From NCBI GenBank assembly GCA_012295275.1, contig CM022671.1:21514001-21578000 (forward strand): 64,000 nucleotides of DNA, read 5' to 3'. The DNA comes from Chrysomallon squamiferum (Eukaryota; Animalia; Mollusca). Each line of letters starts with the position of its first letter. Positions within the stretch are counted from its first letter, which is position 1. Positions 53,078-64,000 of the stretch are shown here, in pieces. The position numbers and the translations under genes are program-made. A model generated the notes under the pieces. It did not search any database. It was not told the origin of the DNA and saw nothing but the letters and a program-made list of their open reading frames with translations.

Positions 53078-56000
53078 TAGTCCGGTTGCCAAACCCCATC
53101 GAATACAGTCCCATACAAAATTTTTTTTTTGCTGTTTCTATACCTCCGAGATGTGCTCTTTAAGAATCTGAATGATGCCCTCTGTCATCCTTGGGCAATC
53201 CGCACAATATGCCAATTAAGGCCGCCATTACTGAAAATCTTGTTTTCGTCAATATCTCAGTAACTATGCATGATATCAAAATAATTTTGGTGTCTATCCC
53301 CATGTTTTGAGGGGTAAAGAATCAGTTTAAACCATTACAGTATTGATCACACCAATATTTTCTGCAAAATATGCAAATAGGGCCCACCATTTAGACTTCG
53401 AGTTCTTTAAGTGTGTTGCCACAAGCACGAACCCTATCGAGTTCGGTGGCTTCAACACCAAGTTGTGTAGAGAGCAAGGGCAGAGTGTGAAACCAGTGAC
53501 AAAAGCAGTGTATCTGCCATTGATTGATATGAATCCAGCCTACCCGGACTCCATGCTCACAGCCATGAGCGAGGCTCAACGTCTAACGAAGGAATGTGGA
53601 CAGGACATTACTATTCTGACAACTGATCAGCAGCTCTACAGAGTTGCAGTCAATGTGAAAGGGGTTTATCCAGAGGGATTCTCGGATTTCATACCAAGGC
53701 TCGGGGGCATGCACATGCTCATGAGTTTTATTGGCTGTGTTGGCGTATTGATGGCAGACAGTGGACTTGAGGATATCATGAAATCGTGTTTTGGAGGTGT
53801 GGCACACATGCTGTCGGGGAAGAAGTTCCCACAGAACTTTAGAGCCCTTCGGTTAGTGACAGAAGAACTGTTGCGTGCACATCTGGAAGGATGCGAAAGT
53901 CATGAGGAGATGCTTGGAGCGCTTGAAAGCATATCCTTAAGAAGCATCACAACTCGCCTCTGGGTTCAGAACCTGATAAAACCTGTCCCTCGTGATGGTC
54001 TTCATGCGGGCGGAACGAGAGGCAGACTGGCCACTCCACCTCTGGGCAGTAGAGCAAATGATGCCATACTTTTTTGTCTCTGCTCACTTTAACTACGCGA
54101 GATACGGGTTGTACTACCTGAGTACAGTGAAGCATCTCCCACCTGAAGTGAGAGGTGAACACACCATGCGTCACAAGCCGGGACTGTGGAACGGGATCTG
54201 GTCCGACATGTGGATAGAGTCAACCTTCATGCGTTACGGGCATGGTCCACATGGAATCATAGGCATAACCCTCAAGTCCGAAACCCTAAAACGATGGGCA
54301 TACAGTATGCACACCTGCAGCATGATCGTTCAAGATATCGCGGACATGTCCGATGACAGTGGAGAGAGGGAGGTGACGAGTCATAAAGAAGAGAAGCCAT
54401 CACGCATCACTTCGGATGCCAAGGACAGGGACAACATACGAGATAAATTCTGACTTGCATCGATCCAACTGGTCATCCCGCTGGTTTGATCAATGTCGTT
54501 ACTGGTCGGATTGCACCTGAAACGGTGAATGCACATGACGCAGTGGATATTGGGAATGGTCAGTTTGTGTCATTTGAAAACAGCTGGCCTGGCGGATTTA
54601 ATGCATCCTTATCCAAGTTGGTGGTGACCATGGCAGTGAAGAGAAAGGCAGTAAGGGTTGGGAACAATAATGTGTATGACACGAATCTCATCTACTCGCG
54701 GGTACTAGGGTTGCAACAGTCTCGAGACATTGATATCAAAACTGTCCTTGCGCATGAACTGTCACCCGTGCCTACCTCAATCTTTGATGATGAATGAAGG
54801 CAAAATGAGAATCGCAAATACGAAATCAACGTTGAAGAAGAAGGTGCAGATGACTGTGTCCCAGCGTTTGGTTGAGAAATCAGAGGTAGAAATACTGGAT
54901 GGCTGTGCTGTCCTTTGGGTTATAAACTGGCCTAATCAAGGAACTGTGGCAGATTTTGTCAACGGCTTCACGAGGAATGTGATGAAAAGGGTGGCAAGCC
55001 AGGACACAAACCTGATCTTTGATCGCTACTTCGACTTCAGCATTAAAAGTAGAACGCGGGCAGCTCGAGCTGGTGACGAAGCGAGCCAACGACACAAACT
55101 GCAGTTACATACTCCACTGCCACCCCAGAAGGTTGTCCTTACAGTAACTGAGAATAAGGTACAGGTCATAGATCTGATATGTCAGAATTTGATCCATAAA
55201 GCACAGGACGAGCCGAATGAACACAGTCTGGTCATTATCTCTACTGACTCTGTACCAGTTGTAATTCAGGATGGCATTGTCTTCCGTAGGGAAGATCTCA
55301 TGACTTGCCATGAAGAAGCGGATGTAATAATCATACAGCAGATGGTTAAGGCAGCTGAAAGTGGCGTGAAAAGAATCAACATCGTATGTGAGGACGCAGA
55401 CGATTTTGTCCTCCTGCTGCACTTCTACGCAAAGTTGAATCTGACCTGTCGTCTTACAATGGAAGGACCAAGTGCTGAACGAACTGCTATAGACATTGGG
55501 GAAACTGCAAGTGAACATGGACACTTACTTTCACAACTGTCAGCCGCCCATGCCGTCTCAGGCTGTGACACTGTGGCTCAGTGCTTCGGAGTAGGAAAAA
55601 CCACCGTCATCAAAGACCTTAAGAGTGGTGTAGAACTGCTCAAATTGGGTGTATTATCTGAGGACATAGGTGACATCATTGAAGAAGCGACAACATTCAT
55701 GGCTGCCTGCTACGGGGTCAAAAGCTTGGTGACATCGAACATGTCTGAGGTCCGTGGAAAAGTCTGGTCACGAAGTATGGGTAGAAAAAAATTGACACAG
55801 GCTCCAGAGCTTAAGTCACTTCCAACTTTATAAAGAGGCATTCGAAGAGAACGTAAAGCAGGCGCACATTCAGACTGCCATTTGGAAATCAGCTCTCAAC
55901 TCAGAACCTCCAGCATTAGATCCTGTCGAGTTCGGATGGGAACGTGACTTGATCCCAGTAACATTGCAACCAAACATTAGTGATGCTCCACCGGAGGTGC

Positions 56001-56683
56001 TGGAAATGATAAGGTGTGGTTGTGCTACGGATACACCCTGTTCGACAGCAATGTGTGGATGCTATACAGCTCACTTGCCATGCACAATGTTTTGTGGATG
56101 TCACGGAGAAGCACACTGCCGGAATGAGCACACCGGAATGACTGTGACAATGTTGTTGAAAGTGACTTGTTTGAGGACTGAGTCAAATCAGTAATGGCAA
56201 CATGCATCAGCATAAGTAAAGGGCATGTTCTGTAACGACATAACTGAAGTTGATTTTTGCATATTTTCTGAAAAACGACTCGGATAAATACTGTAATGGT
56301 TTAAGTTGATTTTTTACCCCCTAAAAACATGTGTATAGAAAAAATTATTGATCACCACTGTAATGGTTTAACGAAAACGAGATTTTGATTCTTTACCCCT
56401 TTTCAGCAAAAACATTTGGGATAGACACTGAAAAAATTCTTTACCCCTAAAAACATTGGGATAGACACCAAAATTATTTTGATACCATGCATAGTTACTG
56501 AGATATTGACGAAAACAAAATGTTCAGTAATGGCGGCCTTAATTTGCATATTGTGCGGATTGCCCAAGGATGACAGAGTGGCATCATTCAGATTCTTAAA
56601 GAGCACATCTCGGAGGTATAGAAACAGCAAAAAAACTTTGTACGGACCGCAATGCACGCTTATCGGTCCCTGCCACCGGACTA
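53078..56683 (+). mobile_element. Academ superfamily DNA transposon (AcademX type, XPG-nuclease-encoding), internally deleted
   Basis: Termini TAGTCCGG...CCGGACTA (Academ 5'-TAG...CTA-3'), 3-bp TSD AGA on both sides, long TIRs (~53110-53325 vs ~56430-56645). Internal coding has an Academ transposase, an XPG/FEN1-like PIN nuclease and a Cys-rich C-terminal finger. Confidence 0.88.
53397..56194 (+). pseudogene. Frameshifted, N-terminally deleted Academ transposase-XPG nuclease-Cys zinc finger polyprotein
   Basis: Overlapping ORFs 53343-54092, 53992-54453, 54486-54797, 54730-55833 and 55949-56194 form one broken frame. Motifs: YLPLID, DQQLY, PRLGGMHMLMSF, HFNYARY, DMWIESTFMR (transposase); ILDG, IFDRY, HEEAD, DADDFVLLL, SGCDT..GVGK (XPG/PIN); CGC...CSTAMCGC...LPCTMFCGC (Cys finger). 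Confidence 0.88.
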
Positions 56684-56969
56684 AGAGAATTTTTATCAAA
56701 TGCTGTTATACATTGTGTCCTAAAGAAATGTATGCTTACAACTTGCTGCATTCAGTGAGTTCAAAGTAACACTTGCAGAGGAATGCGCCCAAATACCTAT
56801 TGCAATTATTCGTGCTCTTAATTCCATTTCTCCGAGTTGTTTGCAGTGCCAAGACTTAAATCGTCCACTATAACTCTGTGGTATATATCAAAAAAAATAA
56901 AAAATAAAAAAAAAATAACAGTAATAAAATAAAATATAATAAAATAAAAACGAATATGGAACCTGTAAA

Positions 56970-57285
56970 ATTTTGAAATTATGTAATCGTTCCAGACAGA
57001 GTAATTACATTATTTTCGTAAAAGTATCATATAACGAAATTATGATGAATCTTTTTTTTAACTAAATATTTCAGTATTCAAAATGTTTGGTTCCCCTTTT
57101 AATAATAGTTTTTATGGCGTCTGCGAAATTTTGTAATTATGTAATCGTTGCAGAGTAAATATATTATTTTCGTAAAAGTATCATATAACACAATTATAAA
57201 GAATCTCTTTTTAAAATTAATATTTCTGTATTCAAAAGTTTTTGTTTTCCTTTTTAAAAATAGTTTTTATGTCGTCTGCAAAATG
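56970..57285 (+). repeat. Tandem duplication, two ~160-bp units
   Basis: aattatgtaatcgtt...attattttcgtaaaagtatcatataac...tattcaaaa...tagtttttatg.cgtctgc occurs at ~56977 and ~57135. Confidence 0.85.
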
Positions 57286-58014
57286 TCACACGTAATTAAT
57301 GATCATCGCGGCGACAGAAAACAAAAAAACATTATCAACTTTGCATTGTTAAAATAACACATAAGAAAATGATGATAAAAGACAGAAAGAAAAAACAGCT
57401 GCTAAATATGGTTGGAATAAAATGTTTTTGAGAGATAAAACATGAATAAACATCTTATTTAATTATTTGTCATCTTGAATTATTAAATAATTTCCAGATC
57501 GCAACAACGACAACAACAACAACAGCAAGAGTAACAATAACTGTTATAACAGTAATAAGAAGAATATTCTGAAAATAAATGTGTGTGTATGTTGAACTAA
57601 ATAATTCAGTTTTTGGTTATTAATTACTTGAAATATTTGTATTTCTAGTGCTACTAGTGTTGCTGCTGTTTTATACCGCTACTATAATATTTCTTGTATT
57701 TTTATACTTATTGTTGTCATTAAAAAAAGAGATCTGATATATTCTTTCGAGTATATCGTTAATTATTAATAAATTTTGTGAACAGTTAATATTTGTTTCT
57801 TTTTTTCTTTAATATTTGTAATAGAATCAGTTTGGTGAAAATTTAAGGTCTATATATTCTATAGTTAATGTATGTATGTATGTATGTATACGTACGTACG
57901 TACGTACGTATATATATATATATATATATAACTATTGTTTTTAGTGCTGATGTCCACTTAATTGTTGTCAGAATCACTTTCCTTACGAGCAGTACAACTG
58001 TCAAATAAAATTTA

Positions 58015-58320
58015 ATCCGGTTCCGTTTAAAGGTAATGTTGGGGGATTTCCCTTTGAGAAGTAAATGATGATTGGTCTATTTATTAGTGTAAGGAAACAA
58101 CGAAAACTTTAATCCAATGAAAGGGCCCGTAACATCGCTGAAAAATAAAGCACATGGATTAATGTTGTTTTCGTTTGGTGTGAGCAAATGTCAGAGTAAT
58201 ATGAATTAACCAGCTACTTGACTGATTAAATAACAATCGTTTTCAGTCTATCCTAATTGACAGGTAAAGATAGGATCGATTTCTTACGATGAAAACTAAG
58301 CTAGTTTAAAATCTCGCGAT
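58015..58320 (+). promoter_or_regulatory. Probable MTO1 promoter and non-coding first exon
   Basis: GC/CpG-richer island with inverted CCAAT (58071-58075), CCAAT (58114-58118), GGGGATTTCCC (58042-58052), donor CAG|GTAAAG after 58263 and TCTCGCGA (58312-58319). The next acceptor (58936) precedes the MTO1 ATG. Confidence 0.55.
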
Positions 58321-58871
58321 TCGTTATTCACAATATAATAATAATGCCAATGACTATTGCATCAAACGTTAGTAGTAATACTAGTGCTAGTACTAGTAGG
58401 AGTCATTTACCAACTTAATATGTTTAGGCTTATGCCTAATCACTAATTTAGTATTGAAAGTAAAATATTTATTAATACGTGCATTTTCATGTTGCCGTGG
58501 GCAGCACCTGTCATGCTTTATAGTAAATAAATAATTTTGATAATAATTTAATAAGAGTTAGACATTCAATTTAGTAATGTTAATCGAGGCAAGACTCACT
58601 TTTGTTTTCGAAAATTTTATGCCAGTTAGAAATCTTGTTTTTATTTTCAAAACATGAATTTATTTTTTATAACTGACATGAATAATGGTGTAAAAATAAA
58701 ATGTTAGTAGCTATATTCATACTTTTTAAAATAATAATAGGAAGAAGGAAAGAGAAATATTGTAACGTAAACACATTGTTCAAATGATATAAAAATCTGT
58801 TACATATTTATTGATATATTACACCTATGATTTTTTAAATGTAACCGATATATTTGTAAACATTCATTACT

Positions 58872-58909
<38 letters not shown>

Positions 58910-58950
58910 TTATTATTTTTTTTATATAATTTTTAGCTATAGACGTAAAT

Positions 58951-60377
58951 ATGAGAATGATTTTACCTGGGAAGAAATTTTTCTCTGTGACTGCCAACCG
59001 AGTATTAAGGAAGATATCTCACTCAACTGAAAGCAGTTCTGTTTTTGATGTCATTGTGGTGGGTGGTGGTCATGCAGGGACTGAAGCAGCTTGTGCAGCA
59101 GCTAGAATGGGGGCCACAACACTTCTGGTCACTCACAAGATTGAAACAATAGGTTATTATTAACAACTATTATAACATATACTTGTATTTGTATGTGTTT
59201 GCGTGACTCACAAGACTGAAACTATTAAAAACTATTATAACATACTATTTATGCATAGATTTTTATATGTATGATTATATATGTGTGTATATATAAAAGA
59301 AAATCATATTCAAATCTGTGTGTGTAACTTTCTATCTTAGTATGTATCTATGATTGTGTTCCTTTTTCTTCTTTTTTTTTTTTTTTTGGCCTTTCTGTTT
59401 AAAATGATGCCAGAGAAAAATGTCAGTCTCCATTCATTGTCATTATCCTTTGAGTTGTTTTATTGTTTTATAATCACACTTTATTATTATTCAAGACTGG
59501 TGTTGATAAATAAACAAAAACATTTATTTAAAATACTCAGAATATAGTTTGGTTGGTGGTTGTTTTTTTTCATAGTATCAGTATAATATTTCATGATATA
59601 TATAATATAATAATTATTTTCTTATTCTGTAATCACAATTACATATATAGCTTATAATATTATATTATTACTGTATCAGGAGCTTTAAGATGAAACAAAC
59701 AGAGCTTGTTCCATTCTCAGCAGTATTAATATTGCATTCTGCATATAATCAGTTTAAACCATTACTGCACATGATTGAACAAATTCAATTTATGATCTGC
59801 AGAGAAATTAAATTAAGGAATTTTGTGAATTACCGTCGCAAGGTGTTAACTGTGCAGAGTTCAAGGAAATGTTTAAAATAATTCTTGTAATTTGTACGGA
59901 GCTAATGAATGGTTTGCATTACACTGCAGTACAGTAGTGATGGACTGATGTGGTGTGCGCTGCTGCTTATTGATAGACGTCTCACCAAGGTGTCAGTTGT
60001 CACCAGATGAGTCCTGGCTCATGTGTCCTCTGAGCTATTTCATATTCCAGCGAGAGCTCAGCACTCTGTTTATGACTGAGCTTGTGTCACTGCACACATA
60101 CACACACATACACACACAGATTTTTACACGAAAACACACACGTATTCAGAGACACACACAAACAAATGCATGACAAAAAAAACCCACAGAAACGTGTGCA
60201 CATATTAAATCTGAATTCTTTAGGAAAAACCTACATTTTTGTTGTTGTAATATTTTTTAGACTCGCACATAATTTCTTCATGATTTGGATATTGCTCACA
60301 TCTTTGTATTTTATTGTTTAATTTTATTATCTTTTTATTATTTTATTTATTGATTGACTGATTTTTATTATTATTAT

Positions 60378-60410
<33 letters not shown>

Positions 60411-61187
60411 TCTTTGTTACAAAAACAAACCAAAAATAATAATAAAAGAGTGCATCATCACACATAGTGGATAATAGTCCATCATTTGTTTCTCATTACC
60501 AAGATTAAAAAATAATAATGAAATTAGCATCCCAAGAGAATGAACAAAAAACAAAACGTTCACCCTCAAATCATTTTTAAATTCTGTTACCTATCATCAT
60601 TATGTTTAAAAGCAAATGACGTGAATCTTTCAGCTTTTAACATTACGTTAATACATTATAGAGAATCATGAAAAATCTTTATTTTCAGGTGAAATGTCTT
60701 GTAACCCATCCTTCGGTGGAATTGGCAAAGGTCACTTGATGAAAGAAGTGGATGCTCTTGATGGCATGTGTGCCCGTGTGTGTGGTAAGGTTTAATAACT
60801 TTACCAGAAAGAATTACATGTTTAAATATAACAAAGAAAGCTTTTTAGTTTTGGGGAAATAAGAAGTTATAATAACAAGCATGCTAGAACCATTCTCTGG
60901 TGGAAGTATCCCGAGTTATTCAAGTAAAATCCAGTTTCTTCAGATCTAGAGAAATTACATTCTTTTACTAACCAGTTAACATTCTTTTATGGGTTGTACT
61001 AACAGTTAACATTCTTTATGGTTTATCAACCAGTTAAAACTTTATTATTTACTAACCAGTTAATATTCTTTATGGTTTACTAAGCAGTTAACACATTTTA
61101 TATTTCACTAAGCAGTTAAGAATGTTTTTTTTTCTTAAAAAGGAAAGAAAAAGAAAGAAATATAACAAGAGTTTGAAAATTAAATTA

Positions 61188-61222
<35 letters not shown>

Positions 61223-63696
61223 ATTATTATTTATTTATTTAATTATTTATTTAATTGTATTCTTCTTCTTATTTTTAATTGGTATTAGTACTATTACTCT
61301 TTAAAATGAATGAATAAATAAATGATTAATAAAAAACTGTGCTAAAAAAAAAAAAAAATACAGAAGAAAATTATAATCAATAGTTTATTTTTTATTTCAC
61401 TCATAATATTATACAAACACTTAGTTATGCTTTTTTGTTCATGTAAAGTTAATGAGTGTCTATCCAGAGAATACATTTTTAGAAATTTAGGTCCAGAATT
61501 AAATAATTTCTGTGAACAAACTGTCATTATGGGATTTTTTTGTTTTTTTTCTTGTATTTTTAAATAACCTTTTGTCTGTAGAGATTATATAATTGATTTT
61601 TAATTTTTTTGTTTGTTTCTGTATTCATCAAAAAAAAAAAAAATATAATAATCATAAAATATATTAAAAAAACCTTTAAAAAAACAAAAAGAAATCAAAT
61701 TATATATATTAAATTTAAATTCTGGGCAGTTACAAACATTTCAGTTTAAATAGGTTAATTATTGTTAGGATTTCACTGTCTGGATATACACACTAATATT
61801 TATTTTAATAATACATTTTTTTTTTTTTTTTTCTTCTTTTTATCTTTCTTTTTATTAATATCATCATCATCATCATCATCATAATCATCATTACTACTAT
61901 TTCTACCACCACTGCTACTACTGTTACCATCTTCATTATCATCATTATTACTATTATTGCCCTACTTATTATCATCATCATCATCATCATTATAACTACC
62001 ACCATCACCACTATTACTATTAACATCATCATCATCATCATTATGATTACTACTACTACTACTTTTCTACCACCACCATTTCTACTACAGTTATCATCAC
62101 CACCATTATCTTTTTTATTTTATTTTTTTGTTATTATTATTAAAAAAAAAAAAAAAAAAACAAGAAAAAAAAAAAAGACTTCTGCTTTAATTTTTTTGTA
62201 AGAAATAATTTAATTTATGTTTTATTAAATTTCAGACCAGTCAGGTTTGCAGTACAAAATCCTCAACAAAAGAAAGGGACCTGCAGTCTGGGTATGATTT
62301 ATTTTTCAATATACTACAGTATTTTTAAACATTATTAGAAACAAATTACACATTCCCACAAAGCAAACTTTGAGCATCAAGACACTGACATTTTCATGCA
62401 TCCTGCATCAAGATAGTGAAATTTTCATGCGTCCTACCACTCTACAATGAAAATGATTAAGATTTGTATAATACTCAACAACAAATATAAAAAATGTTAT
62501 TAAACATTTAAAACAATTTTTACCATGAAAATGTAGAAATTGTAAAATGATTGAAATAATTGTTTTTTTATTACTGCTTTAAAAATCTTATCTAAAGTTT
62601 AATGTATTTTTATGTTACATTTTATGGTATAAAAATATAATTTCACACCAAAATCTAAAAGGATGAAAAATATACATTTGTTATATTTTACCTGAAATGT
62701 GACACATTCAGGGATTCACACCTTTTACTAACTAGATAACACATATGTTAACATGTTAACTTCTCTTTTTTTACTGACTAGTTATCTCCTAATATTTTTT
62801 CTAATTAATTTTTATGTAACCAGTTAATATCATTTGATATACATCTTTCACTAACAAATTAACAACTTTTTTATTGTTTCAGTGACCATTTAACCATTAT
62901 TATTATGTTTTACTAACCAGATAACAACAACAATTCTATGATGTTTTTAATCCCATATTATCATCAATGAAAAAAATGTTAATAAAAATATGTTTAATCA
63001 TAATAACATGTGTTAGTTTCTGTAAATATGTTTAATCATAATAACGTGATATTTTCTGTAATGATTCCAGGGTCCTCGAGCTCAGATTGACAGAGACCTG
63101 TACAAGGAACACATGCAGAGAGAGATTCGCAAATTTAACAACCTCAGAATAATGGCTGCTCCTGTTGAAGATCTGCTCCTTAAGGAGTCCAGTCAACCAG
63201 ACCATGATCTCATGAAACAGGAGTGTATGGGTGTGGTTCTTGGTAAGTTGGAGAAACGTATTTGAGTTTTGATATTGCTTTGAATTTTACATTTTATTTG
63301 TATGACACTGAAGAAATTTTTTTTTTCTGTATTTTTTTCTTTTTTTTTCTTTAATATTTTTAGACTTTTTAAGTATAATATATATATTTTTTTTACATAT
63401 ATATTTGTGAAAGACAAGATAGTATAACACCACAACATAGTATGGAATATATATGAACACATTTGTTTTTTCATGCATTTTTTTTAGAGTTTTGCCATTC
63501 TTTATTATTAGCAGCAATTGCATCCACAAAAATAAATACTAGAAAAAAAGGACCTAGATGATCTGTTGGGTAATTAGGCAGTTTTTGTGACCACAAGGAA
63601 TACACTTAAACCACAAAACTGGAGCATTGATGAATATCTTATTTAATTTTTATAAATTTTATTTTTATTCTTTAAAAGGTAGGATTATTATTATTA

Positions 63697-63774
<78 letters not shown>

Positions 63775-63977
63775 TATTTATTTATTTTTTTTTTTTTCAG
63801 GGGATGGGAAGGTAGTCAGAGGAAAAACTGTTGTCTTGACAACAGGGACATTTTTGCGAGGGTGTATAAATATTGGTTTGTCTGTCCGTCCAGCTGGGAG
63901 GTTAGGAGATGAGCCTTCGGTTGGATTGGCAAAAACACTGGAATCAGCTGGTTTCACAATGGGCCGACTAAAGACAG
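58951..63977 (+). CDS. MTO1: Mitochondrial tRNA modification protein MTO1 (GidA/MnmG family), 3'-truncated by window edge
   Basis: Exons 58951-59152, 60689-60784, 62236-62291, 63071-63242 and 63801-63977 join in frame. Basic N-terminal targeting peptide, FAD-binding [78 protein letters not shown]. Confidence 0.97.
59925..60094 (+). ncRNA. Candidate intronic box C/D sno/scaRNA in MTO1 intron
   Basis: GC-rich island. Box C-like GTGATGG (59937-59943), box D CTGA (60076-60079), closing stems agt/gct and tgcagt/actgca, internal hairpins (tggtg/cacca, gacgtct/aggtgtc, ctgagct/agctcag). Confidence 0.45.
60960..61100 (+). repeat. Degenerate tandem repeat (ACTAACCAGTTAACATTCTTTATGGTT-like) in MTO1 intron
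   Basis: About six variant copies; related decayed copies at ~62720-62930. Confidence 0.7.
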
Positions 63978-64000
63978 GTTTGGTAAAAATTATTATTTTA

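Noticed and set aside
53391-56213. Several - strand ORFs inside the Academ element
   Set aside because: Antisense shadows of the GC-rich transposase frame, with no motifs of their own.

Overview
This is AT-rich, microsatellite-dense eukaryotic DNA from an animal, probably an invertebrate (a mollusc or other lophotrochozoan is my inference). Reconstructed by hand from splice sites and reading frames: (1) the 3' part of the NMD factor UPF2 on the + strand (30 exons in the window, stop at 13902-13904); (2) a convergent - strand gene that the ORF track shows only in fragments, encoding a 122-aa secreted prohormone-like precursor (signal peptide, two Cys, dibasic cleavage sites) that I cannot assign to a known family; (3) a ~34 kb interval with DNA transposon relics (a 3.6 kb Academ/AcademX element, a Tigger/pogo deletion derivative, hAT and mariner-type MITEs), a microsatellite-flanked repeat in inverted copies, a minisatellite, and a possible further - strand transcription unit with a small ORF; (4) the 5' part of MTO1 (GidA/MnmG family) on the + strand, with a candidate intronic box C/D RNA. 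Most worth follow-up: the unassigned secreted peptide precursor, and three separate UPF2 features that could give PTC-bearing or altered 3'-end isoforms. These are an out-of-frame exon, a duplicated stop-containing acceptor, and a strong acceptor downstream of the stop codon. All gene models are unverified by RNA data.
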